From Pseudobdellovibrionaceae bacterium (GTDB lineage: Bacteria > Bdellovibrionota > Bdellovibrionia > Bdellovibrionales > Bdellovibrionaceae), in contig JBIKLL010000001.1 in NCBI GenBank assembly GCA_044359815.1, forward strand, positions 1-64,000: a DNA stretch of 64,000 nucleotides. The letters are read 5' to 3'. The translations under genes and the position numbers were made by a program. The notes beneath the pieces are model-generated. The model saw only the letters and a list, made by a program, of their open reading frames with translations, was not told the origin of the DNA and searched no databases. Below, piece after piece: positions 39,565 through 49,035 of the stretch. Position 1 is the stretch's first letter, and every line of letters begins with the position of its first letter.

Positions 39565-40967
39565 ATGCTGCCCACCTCAGGGGCCATTCTTCTGGTGATT
39601 TTTCGCTTGTTGTAAAACAATAGGATCACGCCAAGGGAAATCAAAAATGATCCTAAATATTTTAAAAATCTTCCGGGATCGTGATTGACCGACAAAATAG
39701 AACTTGTGGGATTTCCCATTTCATCTTCTTCAAAACTGGCTTGATAGAAAGTCAATCCTTTGTACTGCAAAGGTTCGTTCATCGAGATCAAATATTCTCC
39801 AATTTCCGGAACCTCCACCAAGCTTTGGTAGGACATGGCTCTATTGGTACCCTGGTATTTGCCAACTTCGAATTTTTTTAATTTTATAGGGACACCGATG
39901 TCGATTCTTTTGTTTCCGTAAGTTATTAAAAAAGCTGCCTGTTTTGAAAATATCTTCAGCACGTCATTTAACTGCATCCACAAAACTTGGTCCTGATAGG
40001 TAACCCTAATCGCACTCGTGGATAAAGGCGTTGGGTATTCCAAGGATTTAAAATCCCATTTTTCAGTGGCCTTATAAATATACCTTAAAATTTTGAGCTC
40101 AATATCCATCCAGTCGGTTTTGATTGCTTGACCTTCCTTTGCTCGCCCACTCAAAGTTTTTTTGTCCTGGTTTTTACTGAAAATAAAATACGAAAACTCT
40201 TTTTCATTGATGGGTTTAATGACAATTAAATTATCTTTAGGTTTTTCAGCGGGCGGTTCGCCAATCATAATAGTGGCAGGTCCCAGCTTTGTTTCAACGC
40301 TGTCAGTGTTTTTTCTTTGCAGCAGCCAATCGTTGGTGTTTACAAATTGATTGATCAATTGATATCTGACCGCCGCCCCCAGAGTCTCGTGCTGTCCTTC
40401 AACAATATTTCTTTGCGCAATCGCAAAAGGGATATAGTCATCAATTTTGATTTCCCCGTCATCCGTTGGAATAACTAGTGGTTTTTTATTAGGCGGATTT
40501 AGGTAAAAATCCACGTCTTTTTCAAAAACGGAAGCATACCGATCCCCTGTAAAAGTGGTCCAAACTTTTAATTCATTTTGAGGAATCACCACCAATTGAT
40601 TGGATTCGCCGTTTTTTAATCTCATAGTTCCATCGATGCCGGGTTCAATTTTAATTGAATCGGTTATTTTAAGACCATAACTGGTCAACAGAAACCCCAA
40701 AACCATGACGATGATTCCGATGTGGGCAAATATAAATGGAGCGTGCTTTTTTTGCCAAGGCCAGCGATCAACCATGACTGCTATCAAACTCAGGCACAAA
40801 ATACCAATAATCAGGGTCATAAACCAGGTCTTGTAAACAAGTTTGCCAGCTATCGAAGCATCATATTTTGCCTCTACAATAGTCCCCACTGCGGTCACAA
40901 TCGCCAAGGTGATTATTATAAATACAGCAAACTTGAGATTGGCAAAAAACTTAATCAATCGATTCAT
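39561..40967 (-). CDS. resB: cytochrome c biogenesis protein ResB/CcsB
   Basis: N-terminal TMs with AHIG; ISMNEPL..KG.TFYQAS and SVNHDPG. Confidence 0.85.
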   Translation of the reverse strand: MNRLIKFFANLKFAVFIIITLAIVTAVGTIVEAKYDASIAGKLVYKTWFMTLIIGILCLSLIAVMVDRWPWQKKHAPFIFAHIGIIVMVLGFLLTSYGLKITDSIKIEPGIDGTMRLKNGESNQLVVIPQNELKVWTTFTGDRYASVFEKDVDFYLNPPNKKPLVIPTDDGEIKIDDYIPFAIAQRNIVEGQHETLGAAVRYQLINQFVNTNDWLLQRKNTDSVETKLGPATIMIGEPPAEKPKDNLIVIKPINEKEFSYFIFSKNQDKKTLSGRAKEGQAIKTDWMDIELKILRYIYKATEKWDFKSLEYPTPLSTSAIRVTYQDQVLWMQLNDVLKIFSKQAAFLITYGNKRIDIGVPIKLKKFEVGKYQGTNRAMSYQSLVEVPEIGEYLISMNEPLQYKGLTFYQASFEEDEMGNPTSSILSVNHDPGRFLKYLGSFLISLGVILLFYNKRKITRRMAPEVGSI

Positions 40968-41065
40968 GTGAACAGTTTTGTAACCCGTTATTGACCATAA
41001 TTCTACGAAATCCTGACACAATTTGACGCATTATTTTAGTACAGTTGAGTTAAGCAGGAGGTCTT

Positions 41066-41938
41066 ATGATTGATTCATTAAAACTATTTGCAAACAAAAT
41101 TCACAAGTTTGAACCCACTGTTTTTATCAAAATAAACAGAGGTTCGTACACCCTGAAATCAGTGACCACTAAATCAGAGCTGGCAAAAGTGTTTAAGTTT
41201 CGAGCAGACTCCCAAGAAATTCAAATTTTATCAGGAAGCAGATCAGCACTGCGATCAAAATTATCAGAAATGCTTGTGGATAAATTTGATAAAGACGCAG
41301 ATCATTTGATAATCACTGACAACAAAACTCAAAAAATTGTTTGCTCTGTTCGGTTGCACAAATGCCAAAACGGCACTCAATTGACTTTCAATTCGAAATT
41401 CAAAACTCAGAATCTTTTTGCTGATTCAGGAACTGTGATCGAGATCAGTCGGCTTTGCTTGGCAAAAAACTTCCCCATAAGTTCGATTAAAACTTTGTTA
41501 TGGAGAGGTGTAGCCAGTTTTCTGATCGAGAAAAAAGCGCAAAGATTAGTCAGCAGTGCCAACATTCAAACTGACAGTCCCAAATTAGCCGCCATCATAT
41601 ACAAACACCTGCAAATGGAAAACCGCATTCAAGAGGGGCTTTTTTGCCCACCTTCGGTAAAATATTTAATGCCCCAAATGGATTCATGGATTAATTTTCT
41701 GCGCAGACAGCTGACTGTAGACGAAATTGGCTTAGCTAAAGAGTTAATGTCTGAATTTTGCCGGTCGATGTTTAGTTTAGGTGGACTATTTGGTGGTGAA
41801 CCAGCCTATAATCCAGATACTAAATGCATTGAATTCTTGACGATCTTACCTGTTGAGAACTTAAATAGTAATTTGTGGAATCGCTATCAGCAAAATCCTT
41901 ATCATTACTTACAAACAGCTCCCCTGAGCGCAAGTTAA
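41066..41938 (+). CDS. OlsB-like GNAT N-acyltransferase, divergent
   Basis: DKFDKDADHLII, IEISRLC, LLWRG and GEPAYNPD. Confidence 0.7.
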   Translation: MIDSLKLFANKIHKFEPTVFIKINRGSYTLKSVTTKSELAKVFKFRADSQEIQILSGSRSALRSKLSEMLVDKFDKDADHLIITDNKTQKIVCSVRLHKCQNGTQLTFNSKFKTQNLFADSGTVIEISRLCLAKNFPISSIKTLLWRGVASFLIEKKAQRLVSSANIQTDSPKLAAIIYKHLQMENRIQEGLFCPPSVKYLMPQMDSWINFLRRQLTVDEIGLAKELMSEFCRSMFSLGGLFGGEPAYNPDTKCIEFLTILPVENLNSNLWNRYQQNPYHYLQTAPLSAS

Positions 41939-42945
41939 TCGAGAGCAAAATTCCGGAATGGAAAAACCTTGAAAGGGTTTTTCAAGACCTTGCCCCGTTT
42001 GGGAAAATCCATCATTTAGGCGTGTCCGTTTACAGAGGCCAGGAATTACCTTTGCTCGCCATGAGTTTTGGCAGCACTGATCCCTCGGCCCCGGTTTTAG
42101 GTATGTTTGGTGGAGTTCATGGGCTGGAACGAATAGGCTCACAGGTAGTGCTGTCATTGATGAGATCATTTTCTGAGCTGATGCTTTGGGATGAGATCGT
42201 AAAGCACGCGCTAACTAAAATCAGGATCGTATTTTTACCCATGATAAATCCCTGGGGCTTTTATAATTTCACTCGTTGCAATCCCAATGGCGTGGATTTG
42301 ATGCGAAACGCCCCTGTCGATTCCCCGGAAACGTCAAAGTACTTTTTGCCAGGGGGTCACAAGATCAGCTCTAAGCTTCCCTGGTACCGGGGCCTGGAAT
42401 TGGAGCCCGAGTCCCTGGCCGTTTTAAATTTTTGCAAAGAAAGTTTTTTTAAATCTGATTGCGTGGTCACCATTGATTGTCATTCAGGATTTGGGGTGCA
42501 AGATCAATTGTGGTTTCCCTATGCTAAAACCAAAAAACCCTTTCACCACCTGCCGGAAGCCTTTGCCCTGTTTAATAATTTTCGAACAACCTTTCCCCAT
42601 CATTTTTATAAAATCGAACCCCAGGCCTACACCACCCATGGTGATTTGTGGGATTATATTTATGATCAATATGTGGAACAGCATAAGGGCGTTTACATAC
42701 CCCTTTGCCTAGAAATGGGCTCCTACATGTGGGTGCGCAAAAATCCTTTTCAGTTTTTTTACAGTTTAGGGCACTACAATCCCATAAAGCCGCACAGACA
42801 GAAAAGAGTTCTGAGGCGGCATTTGACGCTTTTTGATTTTTTAATCCGCTCTTTGATTGTTTCGGGTAAATGGTCCAATCCATCAGCCGAGCAACGATTT
42901 AAATATCTGACTCATGCTATGGAGCTTTGGTATGCCGACAAGTAA
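41875..42945 (+). CDS. M14-family zinc carboxypeptidase (DUF2817-like)
   Basis: GGVHGLE, RCNPNGVDLMRN and DCHSG motifs. Confidence 0.88.
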   Translation: MESLSAKSLSLLTNSSPERKLIESKIPEWKNLERVFQDLAPFGKIHHLGVSVYRGQELPLLAMSFGSTDPSAPVLGMFGGVHGLERIGSQVVLSLMRSFSELMLWDEIVKHALTKIRIVFLPMINPWGFYNFTRCNPNGVDLMRNAPVDSPETSKYFLPGGHKISSKLPWYRGLELEPESLAVLNFCKESFFKSDCVVTIDCHSGFGVQDQLWFPYAKTKKPFHHLPEAFALFNNFRTTFPHHFYKIEPQAYTTHGDLWDYIYDQYVEQHKGVYIPLCLEMGSYMWVRKNPFQFFYSLGHYNPIKPHRQKRVLRRHLTLFDFLIRSLIVSGKWSNPSAEQRFKYLTHAMELWYADK

Positions 42946-43672
42946 AAATTGGGTTTGGATCAGGGGACTAGGACGAGGGTCCGCCCATTGGGGTGAATTT
43001 GCATTGGAGTTTCCAAAACATTTTCCAAATGACACTGTCCAAATGATCGACTCTGCCGGCAATGGTGAGCGAACCCATGAACAAAGTTTTACTAGCATCA
43101 CCGAAACCCTGACTGATTTGCGCAGCCGCTGCCAGTTTGTAAAAGACAAAGTTCCTTTTAATCTGCTGTCAATTTCGCTGGGTGGAATGATCGCAGCTGA
43201 ATGGGCCCATCTGTTTCCCCAGGATTTAGCCTCGGTCACAATTATTAATTCAAGCGATGCGGGATCCAGCCATCCCTTTGAACGCATGCGCCCTTTGGCA
43301 TTAAGTTCCGTCCTAAAATTAGTGGCCATTGCTGACCCTTATCAACGCGAAAAAATTATTTTCGATCTGACTGTCAATTATCACCCCCGAAGGGACTATT
43401 GGATTGAAGAGTTCGCAAATCTGGAAGGAACCAGTAAAGCCAACTTATTGCGACAACTTTATAGCGCCGGAAAATACAGGTATCCGAAGATAAAACCGGA
43501 CGTCAAAATCTGTGTCGTAAATTCTATGGGGGATCGATTAGTGCATCCAGAGTGCAGTCTTAAAATCGCCAGCATGTGGGGGGTCCCGATATTTAGGACC
43601 GAACGCGAAGGTCACGATCTGCCCCAGGAAAACCCCATTTGGTTGTGCCAAACCCTTAAGAACTTTGTCTGA
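42932..43672 (+). CDS. alpha/beta hydrolase
   Basis: WIRGLGR..AHW, ISLGGM nucleophile elbow, DRLV and GHDLP. Confidence 0.88.
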   Translation: MPTSKNWVWIRGLGRGSAHWGEFALEFPKHFPNDTVQMIDSAGNGERTHEQSFTSITETLTDLRSRCQFVKDKVPFNLLSISLGGMIAAEWAHLFPQDLASVTIINSSDAGSSHPFERMRPLALSSVLKLVAIADPYQREKIIFDLTVNYHPRRDYWIEEFANLEGTSKANLLRQLYSAGKYRYPKIKPDVKICVVNSMGDRLVHPECSLKIASMWGVPIFRTEREGHDLPQENPIWLCQTLKNFV

Positions 43673-43750
43673 GCCGCTGATAAAAGCGCCGTTCTGGTAA
43701 ATCCGCAAAATACAGTTTTTTAAAATATATAAAATTATTTTTTATTTGCA

Positions 43751-43896
43751 GAATTATTTAGTTTTTAATTCTTTAACGTCTTGTGCAGCGAGCGCGCTTT
43801 GCGTATCGCAGGGGTGCGGCACCGCAGGTGAAGCGCTCCGCGAGACGAAATGCGGCCGTTAGCGAAAGACGTTAGAGAGTTAAAAATAGAAAATTC
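43751..43896. repeat. hairpin element E2b with type-B core
   Basis: Imperfect AT-rich arms enclose GCAGCGAGCGCGC (43785-43797) and GCGGCCGTTAGCGA (43852-43865), the same motifs as in E1. Confidence 0.85.
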
Positions 43897-43905
43897 AAAA
43901 AAACA

Positions 43906-44039
43906 GTTTTTTAAGTATCTAAATTTATTTTTACTTAAAAAGGTCCTCTGCGGAGCCTGGATGGCGGGGGCTTGCCCCGAGCAGAGAAGCAGGAGCTGTG
44001 ACCTTTTTAAGTAAAAATAAATTTAGATACTTAAAAAAC
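43906..44039. repeat. hairpin element E2a: 40-bp perfect arms with type-A core
   Basis: Arms 43906-43945/44000-44039; core 43946-43999 is a reverse-complement homologue of the cores at 47394 and 61333. Confidence 0.93.
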
Positions 44040-44053
44040 AGTTTACAGAGGAT

Positions 44054-44701
44054 TTACCAGAGCCAGCCGACTGACAGCAGAAAGCTCAGATCGTTCCGGG
44101 TCGATTTTTCGATGTCCTCTTGATCTGCGGCTGAATAAAATCCGTTTTCAAAAGTCACTTCAGGTTTTTTGCTATAGCTGCGATACCCCAGCTCGACGGC
44201 CCCCCAGATATTTTCAACAAACAAACCTGCTGCTCCAATGACCGGATTGACGGCAAGTCCCTTACCGATTTGATAATCAGCATCTTGCAGATTCGTGATT
44301 TTTTTAAGCTTGGCACCATTGGTGCTGATCAAGCTGGCTCCGCCGTATAATTTCAAATTAAATTCGTCCCCTAATGGTGCCACTTGCTGTGACCAAAAAT
44401 AAAAATTCCCCCCGATTGAACTGACGGATCCTATTGCTGAAAATCCCAGCGAAAAATGCAGATCCAGATTTTGCAAAATAAAGTACTTAGCGCCGGCTCC
44501 AAAAATCCCATAGCTGGTATTCGCACCACCGCCCAAATCTGTGACAAATCTTTTGGCAGTTTTAATTTCAACAGTTTCTTTTCGAGCCTCGGTTTCTTCA
44601 GGATCTTTGATATCCTGATACCCTGGCAATTGGCAAAAAGCTTTACCCGATGTGAGGGTCAATAATACTGGAACCAAATATAAAGATATTTTTTTAATCA
44701 T
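44054..44701 (-). CDS. putative small outer membrane beta-barrel protein
   Basis: Signal peptide; Gly/aromatic strands; ends SVGWLW. Confidence 0.7.
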   Translation of the reverse strand: MIKKISLYLVPVLLTLTSGKAFCQLPGYQDIKDPEETEARKETVEIKTAKRFVTDLGGGANTSYGIFGAGAKYFILQNLDLHFSLGFSAIGSVSSIGGNFYFWSQQVAPLGDEFNLKLYGGASLISTNGAKLKKITNLQDADYQIGKGLAVNPVIGAAGLFVENIWGAVELGYRSYSKKPEVTFENGFYSAADQEDIEKSTRNDLSFLLSVGWLW

Positions 44702-44777
44702 TTAAAAAGCATAGCGATTGCTCAGAAACTGCGTCAAGCTCCTTGAGTATTGAATTATAAAAAGCTAGTTTTATTAA

Positions 44778-45581
44778 ATGCTGATGATCACAATCCCACA
44801 TTCCGGCGAACAAATCCCAGAAAATGCCAATTGGCTTAAAAAACTGCCCGAAGAAATTTTGATGTGTGACGTGGACCGTTTCGTCGATAGGCTTTATGAA
44901 CCCACGATTCAAAAATTAAATATCCCCTACATCAAAACCCAATGGCACCGTTACGCAGGCGATTTAAATCGATTGGCCGAAGACGTAGATTGCGATTCAG
45001 TTATTGGTAATCCCAATCCCAGTGGCCAATTTTCACGTGGGTTTATTTGGGTCAAAACCACGTTAAATTATAAACTTTTGCCCCAACCGATTTCAGCGAC
45101 TGATCACCAGCAACTGAAAGCTCTGATTTTTGACCCCTTTCATGCACAGATCAAAACGGTGTCGGAAACTTTATCAAAATCCCACAAAAATATTTATCAT
45201 TTGGATTTGCACTCGATGCCATCGGTGGGAACTTCTGAACACCGTGATCCAGGTGAAAAGCGTGCCGATATTGTCGTTAGCGACAGCAAGGGTAAAAGCT
45301 CCTCAAAAGCTTTTGTGGATTTAGTCATTTCCAGTTACAAAAACCAAGGCTTCAACGTGGCATACAATTGGCCCTATTTCGGTGGCCGTTTGACCGAAGC
45401 CTACGGTAAACCAACCCAGGGACATCACACTGTTCAGGTAGAGCTCAACAGAGGCCTTTATATGGATGAAACCAGCAAAAAGTGGCTCGATGGTAAAGCC
45501 TTAGACACTCAAAGCCGGTTATCTAAAGCCTTATCCAGTGTTTATGATGGTTTGAGGATTGCAGATAAGGCCATCATATAG
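44778..45581 (+). CDS. N-formylglutamate amidohydrolase family protein
   Basis: IPHSG, DLNR, DLHSMPS, NWPYFGG and QVELNRGLY motifs. Confidence 0.92.
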   Translation: MLMITIPHSGEQIPENANWLKKLPEEILMCDVDRFVDRLYEPTIQKLNIPYIKTQWHRYAGDLNRLAEDVDCDSVIGNPNPSGQFSRGFIWVKTTLNYKLLPQPISATDHQQLKALIFDPFHAQIKTVSETLSKSHKNIYHLDLHSMPSVGTSEHRDPGEKRADIVVSDSKGKSSSKAFVDLVISSYKNQGFNVAYNWPYFGGRLTEAYGKPTQGHHTVQVELNRGLYMDETSKKWLDGKALDTQSRLSKALSSVYDGLRIADKAII

Positions 45582-45623
45582 AGGGACTTAACAACAAAAG
45601 GTCCCTTAAATAAAGGGATTTAA

Positions 45624-47327
45624 ATGAAGTTGATCTCTGTCCTGGTATTTTTATTAGCTATTCAAAGTGAGGCCAGATTTTTATCTGCAGCTGAGCAATC
45701 GCTATTAGTGTCAGCCGAAAAAGGCGACCTGCAGGGCGTGGTGGATGCTATTAATCAAAAGGCCTCAATAAATGCTGCTGATTTTCATGACCATACGGCA
45801 CTGATGAAGGCTTCAGCCAAGGGGCACCTGGAAATCGTAAAATTACTTATCGAAAAAAGAGCCAATCTGAATCTTAAGGGCCTTGAAAAAGGCGCTGAAT
45901 CAACGTCTCACAAAAGCGACTCAGCTTTAATGATGGCCATTGATAGTGAAAAATACGATGTCGTCAAAGCTTTAGTTTTAGCAGGCGCTAACGTGAACCA
46001 AAAAGACATTATGCAAAGAACAGCCTTAGTAAAACTGATAGACAATTCCACCAATTTAAAACTCAAGAAAAAGATCAGCAAAGAAAAGCTTCTAGAGCTG
46101 GCAAAACTATTTATTGAGCACGGTGCTGATCTGAATTTGGGACGCAAAGAAGTCGTTCGAACAGATAAAAAAGGCAGATCCAAGACCACCATTGAATCAG
46201 AAGTTGAAACACCTTTGATGTTTGCAGCTGAAGGTGGACAGGCTGATTTGGTAGAATATTTGTTATCTCAAGGCGCTGATCCATCAATCAATGTATTGGA
46301 TCCACAAAATAACGACGTTGAAAATGCGATTGAGCTTGCAAAAGAAGCCAGAAAAAATCCTGAAAATAAAAAGTGTAAAATAACCAACACCGAAGCACTT
46401 AATTATTGTGATTACAAAAGGGTTATCCAGCTTTTAAATGACCCATCTTCTGCTGTTGGTGTAATGACACCATTTTTTGATATTCAATTGCTAGAGGCTG
46501 CAGAAAAAGGCAATTTAGCTGATATCGAAAAAGCTCTTCAGCAAGGCGCAAAAATTAATGCCCTGGATGAAGACGACGAAACCGCTTTGTATAAAACAGT
46601 AAAGACAAAAAATCTGCCGGCTGTTAAATTTCTGATTTCAAAAGGCGCTGACGTTAATTTAAAAACCACTCAAAGCGAAACTGCACTGTCTGCAGCTGTG
46701 GTCACTCAAAACTACGATATCATTAAAGCCATTGTTCAAGCCGGCAGTATGGCTGATCTGAAGGATCTGCAATTTAAAACTGCATTGATTGATCTGATAG
46801 ATGACGTTAATAAAGACGGCTACCGTTCATCGACGTTGTCACGAATGAATCAGTTTAATCTGATTCAAATGCTGATCGCTAAGGGCTCTAACCCCGAATA
46901 CGGTGTTAAATCAAAAACCGAAAAGCAAAAGGCAACAGAAGTCGTGATTATGTATTCGACTTTGTATACTGGCTTGATAGCTGCGGCTGATTTAGGAAAT
47001 GCTGATTTAGTCAGATACTTGCTTGCTACTAAAAGCCCCACGGGTCCTGCATTGGCTAATCCTGATGTGATCATCACAGATGACAGTTTGGATGTCTATG
47101 GCAGGGCTCTAGAGGTTGCTAAATACGTGGCCACTGATCCCACTGCTAAGAAAAATTGTAATCCTGGCAAGGCCGTGGCAGCCGGGGTTCACCCTTTGAA
47201 CGATCCTGATAATCAAAAACAATCAGTCAAAAACTACTGTGATTACCAAACTACGATTGATTTGCTGACCCAGGTCACCAAGGGAAAACCATTAGTCAGC
47301 AAATCTATGGAAAACGTCGAAGAGTAG
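45624..47327 (+). CDS. secreted ankyrin-repeat protein
   Basis: Signal peptide; multiple TALM.A...G..EIVK.LI..GA..N repeats; two duplicated halves. Confidence 0.9.
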   Translation: MKLISVLVFLLAIQSEARFLSAAEQSLLVSAEKGDLQGVVDAINQKASINAADFHDHTALMKASAKGHLEIVKLLIEKRANLNLKGLEKGAESTSHKSDSALMMAIDSEKYDVVKALVLAGANVNQKDIMQRTALVKLIDNSTNLKLKKKISKEKLLELAKLFIEHGADLNLGRKEVVRTDKKGRSKTTIESEVETPLMFAAEGGQADLVEYLLSQGADPSINVLDPQNNDVENAIELAKEARKNPENKKCKITNTEALNYCDYKRVIQLLNDPSSAVGVMTPFFDIQLLEAAEKGNLADIEKALQQGAKINALDEDDETALYKTVKTKNLPAVKFLISKGADVNLKTTQSETALSAAVVTQNYDIIKAIVQAGSMADLKDLQFKTALIDLIDDVNKDGYRSSTLSRMNQFNLIQMLIAKGSNPEYGVKSKTEKQKATEVVIMYSTLYTGLIAAADLGNADLVRYLLATKSPTGPALANPDVIITDDSLDVYGRALEVAKYVATDPTAKKNCNPGKAVAAGVHPLNDPDNQKQSVKNYCDYQTTIDLLTQVTKGKPLVSKSMENVEE

Positions 47328-47330
47328 TCC

Positions 47331-47512
47331 GAAACAGCGCTACCCTAAAAATAATTTCTAAAATCTAAATATTTTAAAGTACTTTAAAAGGTTACAGCAT
47401 CCTGCTTCATCCGCTCGGGCAGAGCCCCCGCCATCCTAGCTCCGCGGAGAACCATTTAAAGCAATTTAAAATATTTAGATTTTAGAAATTATTTTTAGGG
47501 CAGCGCTGTTTC
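47331..47512. repeat. hairpin element E3: 63-bp arms with type-A core
   Basis: Arms 47331-47393/47450-47512 (59 of 63 complementary); core 47394-47449. Confidence 0.93.
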
Positions 47513-47535
47513 AAACTGCCCTATTCGACGTTACT

Positions 47536-47958
47536 TTAAAACGGGATGTCGTCGTTTTGCTCAAAGCTAGGCTCAGGCCCAAAATCCTGGCTGTAATCAC
47601 CACCAGATTGAGTGGACCTTTCTGAGTTCGCACTTCCTAAAAACTGAACATTGTTAGCAACTATTTCTGTAGAATATTTCTTAACGCCACTGGGATCATC
47701 CCAGCTTCGAGTCTGCAATCGACCCTCAACATAGACTTGTCGCCCCTTAGACAGATGTTTAGCGCAGTTCTCGGCCTGTTTGCCCCACACCACCACACGG
47801 TGCCATTCGGTTTTTTCCTGCTTCTGTCCATCTTTGCTCAACCAAGATTCACTGGTTGCCACTGATAAACGGGCCACAGATTGACCACTGCCGACACTTT
47901 TTAGCTCGGGATCCTGACCTAAACGACCAACGATAATTACTTTGTTAACTCCTGACAT
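47536..47958 (-). CDS. ssb: single-stranded DNA-binding protein
   Basis: [25 protein letters not shown] and C-terminal DDIPF. Confidence 0.97.
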   Translation of the reverse strand: MSGVNKVIIVGRLGQDPELKSVGSGQSVARLSVATSESWLSKDGQKQEKTEWHRVVVWGKQAENCAKHLSKGRQVYVEGRLQTRSWDDPSGVKKYSTEIVANNVQFLGSANSERSTQSGGDYSQDFGPEPSFEQNDDIPF

Positions 47959-48060
47959 AATGTCCTTTCCGCCCAACCACACACGGTTGAGTCGCTTTGT
48001 GTTTGTTAAACACTGTCGTGACATAATAAAAGTGTCAAAGGGAAAAAATGTATTTACTGG

Positions 48061-49035
48061 TTACTGCAAAGCCCCAAAATTAGGGACCGATTCCGGACCG
48101 CTGGCGGATAATTTAAACTTAAATCGCGCCCCATCAGCAACAGGTGTTTTGTGCTGTTCAATAAAACTTAAAAACAATTTAGCCCTGTCTTCGAAACTTT
48201 TTTTGACTGTTATGTCGATATCAAAGGAATAACTGCCAGGCATGGGCATAATCCGGCCACCTAAATTCTGAATTTGCATCGACATGCCGCCTTTGATTGT
48301 CCCGGTGATTTCGTCAGCGCCTTTGCCAATCAGCCCTTGTTCAATCTGAAATCTGCCGGCCGATAGACGGCCCTTTAGCTGCAAACTGGAAACTTTAAGT
48401 TCTGGCAGATTCATTGGCCCCATGGGGGTGTTAACATTGCTTGGGGGAATTTCAAATTTCTCGACCTTTAAATCCACTTCCACATCTGGTTGCTCTTTAA
48501 AAGCAAAATCCGCAACGGCTGTGCTTTTTAAATCTAAATTTCCGCGCAAGGGAACCGGCAGATTCAATAATTCTTGCAAATCTTTTAAGGACAATTTCTC
48601 AGCTTCGATGGTGATTTTATTTTTCTCGACTCCATTTTCAGATTTGCCCCCTGAAGACAAACTGATATCCACATTTCCCTTTAAAAAACCCTTAGCATAC
48701 AAAGACCCACCAGGCTTTTGATAAATCAATGCAGATATTGAAGGCGACACGCTGATTTCGCCCACCGTGATGGCAGGGAAAGCCCGAGTTTCGACTGACA
48801 GATTTTCCAGATGTAATCCCATAGGCAAAATATTTATATCCATATGGTCAAACTGAACGTAAACCTGATTCTGGGTCGCTTTTGAAACCTGACTGGCCAC
48901 CAGATCAGACAAATCATCAAAGGGAAACAGTAAAAATAAAAACAGCAGAGTCGACAACAACGCCAAAGCAAATTTGGATTTATTGGACAAACACCACCTG
49001 AGGCCTATTTTTACGTATTCTAAGACCTGAGCCAT
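48061..49035 (-). CDS. gspN: type II secretion protein GspN
   Basis: N-terminal TM then LFPFDDL; last gsp gene; beta-rich periplasmic domain. Confidence 0.75.
   Translation of the reverse strand: MAQVLEYVKIGLRWCLSNKSKFALALLSTLLFLFLLFPFDDLSDLVASQVSKATQNQVYVQFDHMDINILPMGLHLENLSVETRAFPAITVGEISVSPSISALIYQKPGGSLYAKGFLKGNVDISLSSGGKSENGVEKNKITIEAEKLSLKDLQELLNLPVPLRGNLDLKSTAVADFAFKEQPDVEVDLKVEKFEIPPSNVNTPMGPMNLPELKVSSLQLKGRLSAGRFQIEQGLIGKGADEITGTIKGGMSMQIQNLGGRIMPMPGSYSFDIDITVKKSFEDRAKLFLSFIEQHKTPVADGARFKFKLSASGPESVPNFGALQ

Noticed and set aside
43906..47512. Hairpin elements as simple Rho-independent terminators, tRNAs or IS ends
   Set aside because: Stems are 40-63 bp and AT-rich around conserved 53-56 nt cores. 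There is no tRNA cloverleaf or T-loop motif, no conserved termini, no clear target-site duplication and no transposase.
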